A program made the translations under genes and the position numbers. Of a stretch of DNA of 64,000 nt, positions 26,851 through 41,093 are shown piece after piece; within the stretch, counting starts at the first letter, position 1; each line of letters begins with the position of its first letter. The stretch lies in the NCBI GenBank assembly GCA_965153285.1, contig OZ229114.1; one strand, 5' to 3'. This DNA is from Podarcis tiliguerta (taxonomy: Eukaryota). The notes under the pieces were generated by a model. That model was given only the letters and a program-made list of their open reading frames with translations. It did not search any database and had not been told where the DNA came from.

Positions 26851-27689
26851 TTTGTAATAAATCCAGTGCATACACAGAAAAGAAAAACAGGTCTTTCCCC
26901 AATTTCAGAAAACATGCTTCACTATGTATAAAAAGTAAGCTTTAATACTCAGAAGTAAATTCTGTTAAGTACAACTTACTACTTAAGATATATATAACTG
27001 TGCATAAGACTGCAGCTTCAGTTGGGAAGATAACTCATTTAAAACACTGAATTATCTGTTCCTTTTTATAATATGCCTGAGCATTAAATGTCTTTTGATA
27101 TGGTTGGGGGTGGGAGCACCCATGTTTTTATATGTAGAAGAACCGTCTAACGATATAATACATTAAACCTTACACTTAAATGAGCAAGAAAATTAGTTTA
27201 AATGAATGCATCTGGATGAAAACATAATGATCTGATCCTTTAAAGGTGTCTTTTTTAATGGTATCTCTTTTATGATACCTTGGACCTTTTTTCCATAAAA
27301 AGGAAAGAATTGTTCACAAGAATTTGAGCAAGCCTTTCCCATAATGAAACTGTTAATTGTTCAGTTGTGAGTCACATAAAGATATACTGAGCCAGTCCTA
27401 GATTCTTAGTCTACTTGGGTTTGGTTAACATGGTTAACATGGGATTAAAGCCAATCAAACTATATGTGCAGAACCGGGTAGACCTCTCTTTTGTACACTG
27501 GACTAGAACACAAGAAGAGCCTGCTGGATCATACTTTTCTTTGTTTCCATTTTCTCCATGCCGTGCAAAATCTTATGAACTTCTATCGGGTCACCACCCC
27601 TTTCTCACATTTTCTCTACCCCAAAAAGTTCCAAATGCTGCAACCTTTCTCCATTCTCTTTATCATGTCTTTTTGTTTCTTTTTGCCTT

Positions 27690-28005
27690 TTCTGAACATT
27701 TTCCAACTCTCTAATATCATTTTTGAAATGAGGTGACCAGAACTGCACAGTGTCTCAAATGCAGTTGCAGCATCGATTTGGATAAAGGCATTATGATATC
27801 AGCAGTTTTATTTTCAATTCATTTCCTAATGATCTCTAGCATGGAATTTGCCATTTTCACAGCTGCTGCACACTAAGTCAAGCTGTCTCCTATGACACCC
27901 CCAGTCTCAGTCCTGGGCAGTCACCACCAGTTCCAACCCCATGAGTATATATGTGAAATTAATATTTTTTGCTCCAGCATGCATCATTTTACATTTGTTT
28001 ACACT
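27690..28005 (-). mobile_element. CR1 LINE fragment
   Basis: tttgaaatgaggtgaccagaactgcacag...atttcctaatgatctctagcatggaatttgcc...cacagctgctgcacact, typical reverse CR1 RT end. Confidence 0.75.
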
Positions 28006-31000
28006 GAAACAGACGGAGTATACATGCACATACAACTGCCTAATGGTATCCACGTCACCCAGGAGATTGCACTTCCTGGTTCATATGGAGAAGCTGTTTT
28101 CAATGGAGCCCAGCGATGGAAGCACACTGCTATATTGAGGCAGCACCAGATGTTGAAATTTTGCGCCCTCTAACAATTTTGCACACGGGGCAACCACCCC
28201 CATGCTATGTCACTGGGACCATGACATGTCCCCCCACTAAATCCCCATACACTCCATGCCAAGCACAGGTACCTGCATTGTCATGCAAAATGTGAAGCTG
28301 CCTTTAGCTTGGAAGCTTCGGTGTTTGCCCAAAAGGAAATTAGAATAAAGCCAAACAAAACAACAAAACAACACCACTTAGGCAGCAGTCCCTATCGTGC
28401 ATTGCATCACACATTTTGCCAACCAATATTCTGTACCAGCAATAGATTCTTTATGTCAGGGATGCCTTCCAGATGCTGTGGACTGAAACTCCCCATCATC
28501 CTTGACCATTGGCCAGTGTGGCTGGGGCTGATGGAGGCCATGGCCCAAAACCTCTGAAGGGCATCCCTACTCTAGGTCCTAGGACATTCAAAAATATTTA
28601 TGCTTCAAGAGAGAAGATAGTTATGTACAGGTTTTTAAAATTATTATTAGGAAGAACAGTTAGAATAGTTGCATGACCAAAACTGTTTCAACAGTGTCAT
28701 TAATCTACATTCTAGTATGCTTCATTTACAAGTGAGAAGCATTACATGCAGCTGGATTCAAGATAAAAATTTATCTGTGCACATTAAACAGACTGTGTGC
28801 ATGCATAGGTTTTAATTGCTGCGGCTTAGGAAATGTATGCACTATGAAAGACAATAAATTGCGCTGGGGAAAAGTGGTCAGAGTTTGTGCTCATTAACCC
28901 TTTAATAGAAAGCATCCTAAGAATTGGGTGGCTGCTTATTTAGCTGTAAGCTCCTGCCCTGGACTGTTCCACTGCCTTCTTTGACCCAATAAGGGGAGAC
29001 TATTGAAAATTTGCGCTCCTTAAGTGGTGGAATTGATTATTCATGGTGCTAGGGGCTAATTGAGTTTTGCTCTATAAATGAACAATTTGCTTCCTTGCAT
29101 TGCCCCTTCCCTGGACATTAGAGGGCACCATTAAACACTGTGCAGTTGTTTGCCTTGCCTTCCGTTCTAGTTTTACCATCCTCAAATCTTGGAAGCCATT
29201 GTGCTTTGCCTGTTAGTATGATTCTCTTTATGTTTGATTATGTTCAAGAAATGCAAAGTGCTTCCCCTTTACTTTTTTAAAATGGAAACCATAACATATC
29301 CTAAATGCTGGTTTGAGGAATCCTCCCTAGCTGCATTTGAGAATCCTTATATTGTGATCTTTTCCTGTAGGAAAACTTGTGCTTCATTTACATTAATGAC
29401 AAATAAGTGGCCCATATTGGTGTGAGCTTACACCCTATTCTAACTGTATAGTGTAGTTCAAATACTCCGTTCTATACACAGAATAAGAAAAACCCAACAA
29501 CCACCACTTCAGTTCCTACCAGCTGATATTTCTAATTGCTATTTCTCCCCTTTTTAGGTGCATATAATTTTCTTTAACTCCATGATCTCTTTTTTATGTC
29601 TTTATCAGTGGATTACAGACTAAGTGTAGCTTTTCCTTCTGTTTCCTCTGTAATTTCAGAAGAATCCAGTTCTTTTATGGGCATAAGTGCTAATTTGTTC
29701 TAAGGAAAAAGAGAGTGCACAAAGATTCTACCATCCTTGTAAGTCACTTATGAGCTGATTAATCAAAACACCTTCTTGGATCTCAACAGAATATATTTTT
29801 TCTATTTCATCTCTCCACAGAAGCTTTCATACACATATTGTGCTGGGGAAAGGTAAGTGGTGGAAAGTTCTTGCTTAATGGTAGTAATTAAGATTCCATT
29901 TAACAAGGCAAGGAATTATTAAGTGTTGATTGTTACAGGTGAAAGAATGAATTTACACCCTTGTGTCTTGATGGAGAATCTTGGACCTGCAGTTGTAATA
30001 ACATCAGATGTCAGGAGCATAAAGACAGCATCCCTATATATCCAGCATCTCAGCAGAAACACTGGCTGAGGCCTCTCCAAAATAATTAGCCTGCGAACCT
30101 GATTTTTGTGTGGAGCTGCGGGTCCATTTATACATTGCATGCTGAGGTTGCAATCCTAACCCCCTATTTGCCTGGGAGTAAGCCCCGTTGAATTAAATAG
30201 GGCTTGCTTTTGAGTGGACATGGTTGGGATGGCGCTGTAAATGTGTTTTTGCAAGATATTTTAAATGTCACAATGCTGCTTGCTCTGGATGATGTGGTGT
30301 AGTGAAACTGCAGGTATGTAAAGGGTTAAACATTCCCTCCCTCTATGCTGCTTCTAATTTGCTTCCTTAAAAAAAGAAAAGTGGAGGGGACTGTTACACA
30401 TATTAGTAAGCACTGTGTTGTTAGCCTCTGTGAGTTAATGGGTTCGAGTTTGACACACTTCATTGTTTGACTCATCAATATCAGTGGTGTAAACCCAGCT
30501 CAGCCTTGCAAGCTGATTTTCAGAGTTCAAATCCAGACTGCACTGAAGGATCAATTTAAGCTGTTTGGCTAGGAGAGAGTTCATGTTCCATTCTCTGCCT
30601 CTTTCACAGCAGTCCACTATTAGAACACGTTCTATAGCTTTTGGGGGCTGTTTTCAATCATGTAGCACATTGTACTAGGATCAGCTGCAAAAAAGTATTC
30701 ATAGATCTGGTTGGAAACTCAAATAATTTTTTGTTTTGTGATAGAAACCATTTGAGCAATTGTTTAAAGGTACGAATATGTTTATTTTTTTCCTCAGCGT
30801 GTTTTTAAAAACATGACCACAATGATATTCCATCTTTCCTCCAAGATACCTAACGTATTCCAGTCAGTGTGTCTTATTTCATCCTCACAACAACCCTGTG
30901 AAGGAGGATTATTCTGGGGGCTAGATATTTACTCAAAAACATGTCACATAGATTACAATGTATGTTACTCAGTGTGAAATAGTTATTTTCAATTACACAC

Positions 31001-31089
31001 ACACACCACCCATGTGAGAAACATGGCAAAGCATCAAACTACACGTGACAATTAGGCTGCAAATATATAAACACTTACCTGGGAATAAG

Positions 31090-31775
31090 TGTCCCAAACC
31101 CCTGCATACTCTGAGGTAAGTCCCAAGGGCAACACCAGAGAAAAGTCAGACAGTCCAGTGGTCAAATACAGCTTCAGGTCCAATGCAATGGGGAAGGTTT
31201 GAAATCAAACCGTAAGGCCAGGCTGGAATCCAAAGGTCAGTCTCTAAATCACAGCCCAAAGGAGTTACTAAAGCAGCCAAGCCATGGTCTATCAATAGTG
31301 AAAGCTGAGCAGACAGTCTCTGTCTTGCTTCTCTTGTTTTCCCTCCAAATCTTCCTTGACACACCTGCGCTTGTTCCCACAAGTAGCTGTGTCTCTCCTC
31401 TTAACGAAGCATGTGACCCTCACCTGCCTGAGCCAAATCCTGCTGAGATGCCACAAACCTCCTCCTAGACCTAAAGCATCTCATCATCTTCACCTGATCA
31501 ACTAGTAAGCTGGGCTGGGTTCTCTTGCCTGCCTCAGTCTCTTGAAGTGCACACCCCACAGTTCCCGGTGCCTCAGAGCCTGCTGTGTTCATGGAGACGG
31601 GGACATTTCTGTTTCTTGCAATGTGTCCACTTCCCCTGGCTCCCATGAACTGTCAGCTTCAACATCCTCTGATGTCCCTTGGGTACCTCCTAAGACCTCA
31701 ACCACCTCTCCCCCATCTTTATTTACCTCACTGGGATCCTCTTTCCCTTCCTCAGTGTCCTGCCAGTTCATGACA
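31090..31775 (-). mobile_element. Solo LTR (Gypsy-like)
   Basis: TGTC...GACA termini; exact 5-bp TSD ataag (31085-31089 and 31776-31780). Confidence 0.85.
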
Positions 31776-33239
31776 ATAAGTCACAGTAAACTCAATGGGG
31801 TTTACCTCTGAGTAGAGATGGATGAATCTGTTGTTTTAAACATTTCCACATTGGTTTGGGGTTGTTGTTTTAAAGTCCTCATGAAAATACATTAGGATTT
31901 TAATGTGAAGTTGTTCTAATATACATATTTTTGTCTGCAATTTCCCTCAATATAATGCTTGTGTGTGTGTAATTTTCCCTGATATATTCGTTTTTATGCA
32001 TACTTTACTTCAATATATACATTTTTGTACAAATTACTTAGCTTAGTGGGCTGGAGAATTGCACTGCAAAATTCAAAGAATTTTGAAGGATAGCTTTGTT
32101 TTAGTTTGTAAATATAATAGGTCAGTTCACCTTTAAATGCAAACTGAATTGAATATCTCCCTCATCACTACTTCTAAGACACATGTAGGATAGGATCGTA
32201 TTGTCAGTCACATGAATATTAAATCTAAGTTGTTATTGTTCTTATTGTTTAAAGGAGCTGTAGTGGTTGGAAGCTTGTGAGAGGGAAAAGGTGCTAATCT
32301 CTACCTCACATACATATTTTATTGTAATTCTTGCAACAACTCTTTAAGGTGGGTCAGTATTATTATCCGGATGATGATGACAACGACAATCGAAAGAGAG
32401 TAGTTTATGTAAGGCTACCTATTGGGCTCGTTCAAACCAGAGACATTCTGACTTACAGTTCAGTCTCTTAGCGATTCTACTTTACAGTCACAATGTCACT
32501 CAAAGCATAACAGGAAATCGGAAATTCTATAGTATAATTTATCTGTATTCCAGTTTAGATGTGAAAGAGGGATAGAAATGTTGAATTGGTCAAGCTATTT
32601 GTCAAGTAAACCAAAATTTCTTGCCTTCTGTTCATGTAAACATCTGCCTCACCATGGCGTTCTCCTGCTGAAATTAAAAGAGAAATAATGTGGCTGGAAG
32701 GAACAGAAAGAGTTGCTGTTTTTTGTGGCATTGACAATGTTTGGTGCTATTCAAAGCCGGATAATAAGAGGCATCAAATCTCATGGTCCCGGCTGTAATA
32801 TGATGAGCTATAGGTCTTGGGCAGGAATTTTCCCACACATTGATGCATAACATTGCTCAATAGCCCACATGCATTGTGGGTTGGCATTGACTCTGAAACC
32901 CATTTCACATTTCACAAAGATTTATGATTAAATTGTACAGATGTGTATCTGCTGAAATGGAGTCTCTCATGAACTAGTGGTAGTAGGAGCATAATGTTTA
33001 GCTACTCAATTCCATGCATTATTTTTATTTTTTTGGAAGTTCTGCTGTGCCCAGTGGGTCTTACTGCCTCAAATACATATTTATGATTGCCACCTAATGG
33101 ATATGGAATTGGTGGTTGGGGAAGGCAGGGCAAAGGCACTGGAACTTAAAACTGTAACTAAATCCTGAACAAGTGACTTTGGTTGATAATGATTCTTCAT
33201 AACTGCTTTCATCACTTTTTTTGCTCATAATGGATAATA

Positions 33240-33475
33240 CAGTGGTACCTTGGTTTGCAACCATAATCCATTCCAGAGGTCCGTTTGTAAACCAAAATAG
33301 GTTGTAACCCAAGGCGCACTTTCGCTAATGGGGTCTCCAAATTTTTTTTGTCCGTAATAAAAAAAAATGGGTTGTAATCCAAAAAAAGGTTGCAAACCGG
33401 GACACACACTTCCGGGTTTGACGTGTTTGTAATCCAAAACAAACACCAGGACGTATGAAAACCAAGGTACCACTG
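33240..33475. mobile_element. Tc1/mariner-type MITE
   Basis: TIR cagtggtaccttggttt; TA TSD. Confidence 0.88.
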
Positions 33476-33619
33476 TACTACATATGCAGTTTACAAAAAT
33501 GTATGTCTTTGGATTGGATGATTGCTAGACTTTTTCTTGTGCACTTACATGTGCTCACCCACCAGCAAGTTGTCATCTTGCTTTACACTTCTATGATGGT
33601 TAGCAAATGTATAGCCCCC

Positions 33620-33715
33620 AAACTAAACATTAGGAAGAATTTCCTGACAGTAAGAGCTGTTCGACAGTGGAATTTGCTGCCAATGAGTGTGGTGGAGTCT
33701 CCTTCTTTGGAGGTC
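33620..33715 (+). mobile_element. CR1 fragment
   Basis: Encodes LNIRKNFLTVRAVRQWNLLP...VVESPSLEV, the CR1 ORF2 C-terminus. Confidence 0.85.
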
Positions 33716-36700
33716 TGTTCATGAAGTGCTGCATGTTAATGTGTACATAGCCTAGGCCTTATATGAACAAGTTACATAGGCATACCTAACCTACTTAACC
33801 TTCTCTGGGTTGAATATTGATTTTAGATGCAGTGTTAGCCAGTGTTTTGAGATCTGGAACTGGATATGGTATAGGTCTCACCTCTCCCATGGACTCATTG
33901 TGCAGTGCCAGCCGATCTTCAATACATTTGAGCATCCTTTATTTTATTCTGGAATTTCTGTGCTGACACTTGGCTCCAGGGAGCCTTCCAGGCAGCTCAC
34001 AACACATTGTAAAGATGAAAGCAGAACAGCAGCCTAGTAGTTAACTTTGTGCCTGGGACATATGTCCTTGAGAGGCAATTTTTGAGAAACAGTGTTATAA
34101 TCTTTCCTTTTCTCATTAGGAAGCCTTGCTTGTGACCATATTTTAAAATAAAATATGCAAATAGAGATAATTTGCTATGACTTTTTTGCCAAATCTATGA
34201 AGACATTGCTGTAAAAAGAAAACCCTCTTCCAAAAAAGAGCTCGTGTTTGGAAAGCATGAGCACAGATGAGTATTAGCCGTGTTACCTTTTCTCACTGGT
34301 ACCAACCAAAGGTTTGCAGCAGCTCCATCTACTGGGGAACTCAGTGAAAATTTAGTACTTCATTGATTCCCCTTTGCAAACCTTGACACTGCATTTAATT
34401 GGCTGTGAGCAGTGATGTCATGGCTGCTCTTCTCTATGTGGTTGAAGGAATCTTGTGGAATCAATATGCATAAAAGGAATCTTGCCTTCCAATGAAGAAT
34501 GTGATCAAAAGAGGCTGCTGAGAGAACAGTGACTTCAATCACTCAGTCTCCCCATAGGAACATCAAAGGGAAATGTCATCTCAGCAGAATAATTAATAAA
34601 TGGAAAACTGGAGATAAAATGTTAATGTATATGAATGGGGAATCTGTGGTGCATTTCCAGGCTTTGCCCAAAATTACATGATGTACAATTAGACACCTAC
34701 AGGCTGAAAAATTTCCCAAGTACCACTTTTGGGGTTCATACACTACAATACATGGATCTTTATCCCAGGTCACTAAAGAGTCATATACTGTATTTTTTAC
34801 ACTTTCCATCTGGCTAGACACTGTAGGAAACAGGATGCTGCACTAAATATGGCTTTGGTCTGGTTGAGCAGGACTCTTCTTCAGTTTTCTCCTGTTAACT
34901 GAGTTCTTTCTTGGATCAAAAGCTCTTCCTTGAGCACAAGAGCACCTATTGGAACCCACACATTTTGTTTGTTTATCTGGAAGAGATATTTACTCGTGGG
35001 TCAAACTTTCTTGAATCTCTCCTACATTTTAATATAAGCTTTTAAAACATACAATTTGAAGAAGTTCAATATTACCATTACACACCACATTGTTCATGAA
35101 CTAACATGTATATGCATCAGAACTTCAGGCGTTGTGTTTGCAGTCCATGAAGATTGCAAATCCATGCCCTTTTTGGGGGGAAAAATAGGGGTTTTTTAAA
35201 AAGAGAATTCTAGCATGAGCTACTCATGCTACTAGCCAACAGAAAATAGTATTGCAAAGTGCATGCAGTCATCAAGGCTTATACTGCCCACCCCTATGCA
35301 CAGGTTTTAAGATTTCTGTACTTTCAAAATAATAGATCTACAATAAAACATGTAATCTGTCTAGGTGTACAAAACCATTTAGGAAATTGCACCATCACAA
35401 TTGGGTTCACCTGGGAGCCGACCCTGAATTTATTTTCAAGCACAAAAGATAAGTTCTAAAATCTCGTAGCAATTTCTTGAGTATTATGAATTGCATCACA
35501 AGGACAGTCACAGAAAAGGAATTTCCCACCCCACTTTCTCCCACTGCAGCCTGCTATATCTTCTAAAAAAGCCCCTCTGAAGTTGGGGGGAGAAGATATC
35601 CAAGAAAGGCCTGGGATGTAGGGAGCAGTAGGAGGAGAAAGGGATCATGGAAAAGAAAGTGGACAGAGGCAACTTGCATGAGTGGCAAATGGGAATAAAT
35701 GGTACTACTCAGGAGTCACCAAACCAGGACCTTGTTTATTTTATGACCACACAGCTCTTTGGAGTTCACCAGAGTTGTGCCTTAGTCTTAGTCTTAGACG
35801 ACATATGCCCTCTAAACCCATATGTATCATATTCATCTACCATTTCTCCTTTTGTTGCATAGCTGTGAAATAGCTTTTTTGCACACAAGGCCCCTCTACT
35901 GAACAATATGAAATATTTGTAGTCATGTACTAGCAGGATCTGTGTGAACTGCTTCTTCCCCTGTCTGAAGAAATCACATGCTAATTAATTTGAATATTCT
36001 CTCTTTTGTTAATGGACCAGCTTCTGTGAATTGGCTGTGCTATGTATTCATCACTAATGGGTAAACTGGGCAGAAATTGCTACTTTGAATTGAGAAGTGG
36101 AGACAATTTTGTAATATCAATATGCAGCAAAATGGAAAGTTCACAATGCAGAAGTGATTACTCTTGCTATATAATTAGGACTTAGGTTTAAAGACTTAAG
36201 GGTTATAAAACAGATATATTTTCTTTATTCTACTGAGGCTTATTCTACGAGATAGCCTAATTATCTCTTAAGCACAATGGCAAACCATGTTAGGAATCTC
36301 ACTCCGAATCTAATAAAACTAAACTTCCAGGGGACAGTTTGTCTTTCATTTAAAACAGAAACGGCAACCCAATTTCTAAAACAAAGGAATTCATCAAGTC
36401 TCCTCCAGTCTCATTCTTCCATTTGCAAACACTAATATTAAGATGGGCAATCTTTTGTGACTACTACTCTTGATTCATATTGCTCTGCTCTCCCTACTTC
36501 TCTAAGTAGTGAGAAGTCCCAGGGGTGGGGTGCTTACGTGGGTTTGGTTTCCTTTGGAAAGAGGTCTGTAGAGATTTATTGACATTTTGTAGTGTTTCAG
36601 TTTACATACAAATGCGTAGGTTTAGTGTAGGCTGAGGCACAACTTAAAAACTCGAAGAGACAGCTAAATCCGCACCAGATCTCTGGAGAGAGGCTTCTCC

Positions 36701-37119
36701 ACATCTCTGTTATCTTGCAGATATCCCTGTGTCCCTCCCTCTGTCTCATAGTTGAAAACTGTGGTCTGTTGTTCTCAACTCACAGCTATTTTGTCGCACT
36801 TCCCTGGCTAGAAGTAAGAACAAGGATGATAAATCTTCCCCAGCCATCTTGTAGCTTTCTTGGCCTTTTACTTTATTAAGAGCAGTCACCTAACAATTAG
36901 CTCCAACGGAGACAAATCAACAGAATATTCCTTCCTCAAGTTGAAGACTCTAGCCAGGTGTCACCATTCACGTCAGACCACTTGCGTCAGAAGGGTTGTA
37001 GGTGTATCAGAGCTGATTCATAAAGTCGGAAACAACTTGTTATGTATTCAGTGGTCTGTGTTTGCCTGAGCTTGAGTCTGGACTAAGGAGTCTGAGCCCC
37101 TGTGTTCTAATTCGATCCA

Positions 37120-37260
37120 TGATATCCAATCACAGAACATTTCAGAATTTGGGTCTCTGCTATTGGCCCTTAAACTCTGAGTCATGATTCGCAGCTTGGA
37201 AGTTTGGGCAGCCAATCACATTGGGAGTGGGCCAGGCCTTCAGAAATGTATATAAGCAGT
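37120..37260 (+). promoter_or_regulatory. Candidate Pol II core promoter
   Basis: CCAAT at 37126 and 37212, ATTGG at 37162, AP-1 TGAGTCA at 37178-37184, TATATAA at 37249-37255; CRE-like cacgtca/tgcgtca near 36968-36990. Confidence 0.55.
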
Positions 37261-40200
37261 TACTTTGCCCCTGTTGTCCAGTTCTGTTAGTTCACAGTGC
37301 TGTTATCACTGTGTCTTGCCTTGTGGGAACCCACCTACACTTCACAACTCCTACAAGAGGCAACACATCTAGAATTGGTCACATGCAGAAAGTTCCCTGT
37401 CCTAGCCACCGCAGCTTCTGTCAGATTTCTTAAATGGGAATTAAATGGTAACAAACTTACACATTAGGAATAAGAGACCACACATAAATAACTTAAAGAC
37501 AATAAAGAGCAAGAAACTTCTTCCCAGTCATTTATCATAAGGGTGGGGATCTTGGGGCTCCTTTTGTGGCTTGACATTGCAGCATGTGGCATCTTGTTGT
37601 CTTGTGGGCTGAGGTCGCATAGTTTAGAAATGGAGTTTGGGTCCTTGGCTGTCTTGCAATCCAGATAAATTGGCCTACTGAGAATGATCCCCAAGACCAC
37701 AGCCGTGCCACACTCTTCGAACCTCTGCTTTCCTGAACCCATTGATATAACTGCTGCTCGGCAATTTCAATTCATTTCAGTAAAACTACAGCAGCTGTGC
37801 TTGGTGGCTCGTATACTAAATTAATAAGCCAGCATGGATCACAGATGAAAACCTTGTAGATGAAAACCACTGTATTTGGTTTGTTAAATTTTTTGGGGGG
37901 GGAGGGTAATTAACAGTTCTATTAACAATGGCTGATATAAAAGCTCCTCCTTGCATACATACTCTGAGGTGTGGGTGTTTGCTTTGACGGGTAAATGGGC
38001 TAGAAAACCTCTGAAGAAGGAGAAAGCTCTTGGGAGAGAATAGCCCAAGAGACTTCTGGGTTGGCCTTCATACTGCAACATTTGGTGAGTCCTGGGCAAG
38101 TATCCTAAACATCAGATTTATTATAACAAATATTTTCAGTTTTTTACCTATCTAAGGTTTTACGAACCTGTGGCGGGGGGGGAGTATAAGGAGTGCATAA
38201 AAGCAGAAGTTTCTTTTTGTTTATGCAGTTTACATTGTATAGAATGTTCTATTTAAAGATCAGGATGATACTTTCGAGTGTACTACGGCAGAATAAATTC
38301 TTCAAACCCAGGCAGTGGTGCCCCTGAAAGCAATGCTAATAATAATCCTGTGCTACAGAACTCAGCCAGCAAGCCACTTAGGATTCCAGTAGATATTGTT
38401 TCTGCTTCTCGGCCAACCAGATTATTATGGATAGTATTCTCCATCTGTTCCTAAACCAAATGCCAGGACAGCTGAGGTATGACAACTTGCTACTTCAAGT
38501 CAGGATCAAAAGGCTTCTCTGAGTCTAGGTGCCAGCTCTTTGTAGAAGCAGACTTCGGATTTGCTAAAAAAAATTAATACCATATTCCAGGCTTTTAAAA
38601 AATATGTTTCATTGCAGCCATCACTCTGTTCGGATCCCATTAGCCTTCCCTTCACCCCTGTGATTGTTGTCAACCCAACATAATATCATGGTGCCTGCAG
38701 AAAGTCAGACCTGATTAACACAGCCACTCTGTGCATGGCTGGGCGCTTTTTCCAGCAGGATTGCCCTGTGCACAAGACAAATGGGACATCTGAATAATTT
38801 GCTATGGGCACAAAGCATTTCCTTTGGTTTTGCTTTTTTTTTTTTGGCACACCACTGCAAATGTTGCTAACGTGGGTTAAGCAGCAACAGTGTGTGGGGG
38901 GGGGGGATGGGAGTTTGTGCCCATGACAAGATGACCCATTTGTCACATGTACTATGTTACCAGAACTGACAACGAAAGGAACTCCATGTGCATAGCAGAC
39001 TTGTAAATTAACCTTGTACTTAGCACTGGTTTGCTCAACCAACCCCAATCATGACCATGTACTTACCCCCCACTCCCCACCCCACACGTGCAGTTTGCAA
39101 CATGCTTATCACTATCAGATTATTTAAATCAGTGGTTTTCAAACTATGTTCCAGTAACCCTGGGATTTTTGGAAGCTTATCAAAAGTTCCTTAGTGAGGC
39201 CAGTTCAGTAATGGAGCACAAGGTTTCCTGAAAGACAGCCTTAACTTTTAATATTATGCATACCCTGTTGTAGGGCACACTCAGGGCCATACTACATGTT
39301 AGGTTATTAGAAAAGTGTTGCTGGAACTGGCTGCTTTAATTTTAAAAAAACATGCTGAAACTGGTCACTTTTATTAAAAAAAAGAAACACGCAGCATAAC
39401 TGGAACACGCTTCCAATCCAGGTCGAGGGTCCTGCATTGGTTTCTGCTGAACCCCAGCCCCCCACAGCTGCTACTTGCAGACAGCACCTTTGAGTGGGAA
39501 GTGTTTTTCGACAGGAAATTGGTCACGGCCCCCAAAATGAATCAGGAGCATGTTCTGGGTTGTGGCATCACAACTGCTTTTTCCTTAAAATAAAAGCGGC
39601 TGGGGAAAATTACACCGGAAATGGCTAAGAAAAGCATAAAGATGAAATCTACATTAAGGGTAAAAAGAGAGCAAATTCATTATGAATAGATGACTACAGC
39701 AATACCCAATTTTTCAGTTTCCATTTTGCTGGCAGTGGTGACAACTGAACTAGGTATGTGGATCTTCAAAACCATTACATCTATTGTCTGAACAGACTTG
39801 GACAATATGGTTCCCCAAATATTTTTTAGACTTAGATAAATGGCCCTCTTTCAATGCATTACTTAAGTTGGGGGGGGGTGTAAAGTAGTGGTGCGGGGAG
39901 GGCAACACATTGCTAAGTTGAATGTATTACCCTGCTTACTCTATATTTTTCATGGCCTGCCACTTTTTATTCCAGTGATATTTTTTCGTAAGCGTGATAG
40001 ATTATTCAGAATGTTTCTCTTGGGCTAAAATGGCAGGCTTAGGGATTTATTTTTGCCTACACTGCAGTGCCCAGTTCAGTAGGGTGGATTTGATTTCCTC
40101 TAACATTTATTGCCTCAATAGTGTATCATCTTTCTCTACAAACCATAGAGGATACTGCCTTGGAACAGATATAGGGGATATTTTAATAGGCTTCTTTGTG

Positions 40201-40904
40201 TCTATATGCTTGTGTTAAATTCTACTTTATCTCGTTCTCACTGCAAGAAGTCACACACAGGGGCTGCAGCATAAGAATCAGGTTGTGGATTACTACAGGG
40301 ACCAAGCTAGGTACTTGAAAAGCACAGGGCAGAGGCTCATGCCACAAATTTACAAAAGTGTGCAGAAGCTAATGCAGGTGTCGCCAACTTTTTTGACCCT
40401 ATGGGCACAAACCAGAGAAACCGTCAGACATCATGATGTGCCACAACTATTCCTGTGTACCCTGCAGTGATGTACACATTACCTCCTCAATGGCATTTAG
40501 GCTTTAAAATTGTGTGGGTCCCCCCCCCAATGATTTTTGTTTGTTTCTGCTTTTTTGGGGAGAGGATGTAATCTTCCTGGAGAGTGCAGTAGGGAAGGCT
40601 AGGAATTCCCACAGGATTTTCTGAGAGCAGCCCTCTGCCCCACTTACAATATATTGGCAAGACTTGTGTCCATAATGAATAAAACAAGTGCCTCTGAGCA
40701 AATTAAGATAGCAGGTAGCCGGGTTGTAAGTGAACTTTGTAGTGGGTCCAGTCACTCTGAAATGGTTGTGTGTTGGGGGGGGGGGACAGGAGATCCAGCA
40801 CAAAAACCCTGTGGCTTAGGAACCATGGGTCACCCCTAACAATGCCCCTAATGTATAAACAATCCTAATGTATTACCCCCATATACATTTGTAAATGGCG
40901 TTCC

Positions 40905-41093
40905 ATGAGCTCTGGCACTTGTCATGGTGTCGCGGCAGAAGCAGTTTAGTCATGCAGGCCATATGACCCGGAAAAACCTGTCTGCTGACCAACGCCGACT
41001 CCCTTGGACTGAAACCCCATAGTTGAATTAGGCTGCACCCCATAGTAGAATTAGGCTGGACTTAACTGTCCAGGGGTCCTTTACCTTCACTTT
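40905..41093 (+). mobile_element. Sauria SINE 3' half, degraded
   Basis: gcagaagcagtttagtcatgc...tgacccggaa...ggggtcctttacctt. Confidence 0.8.
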
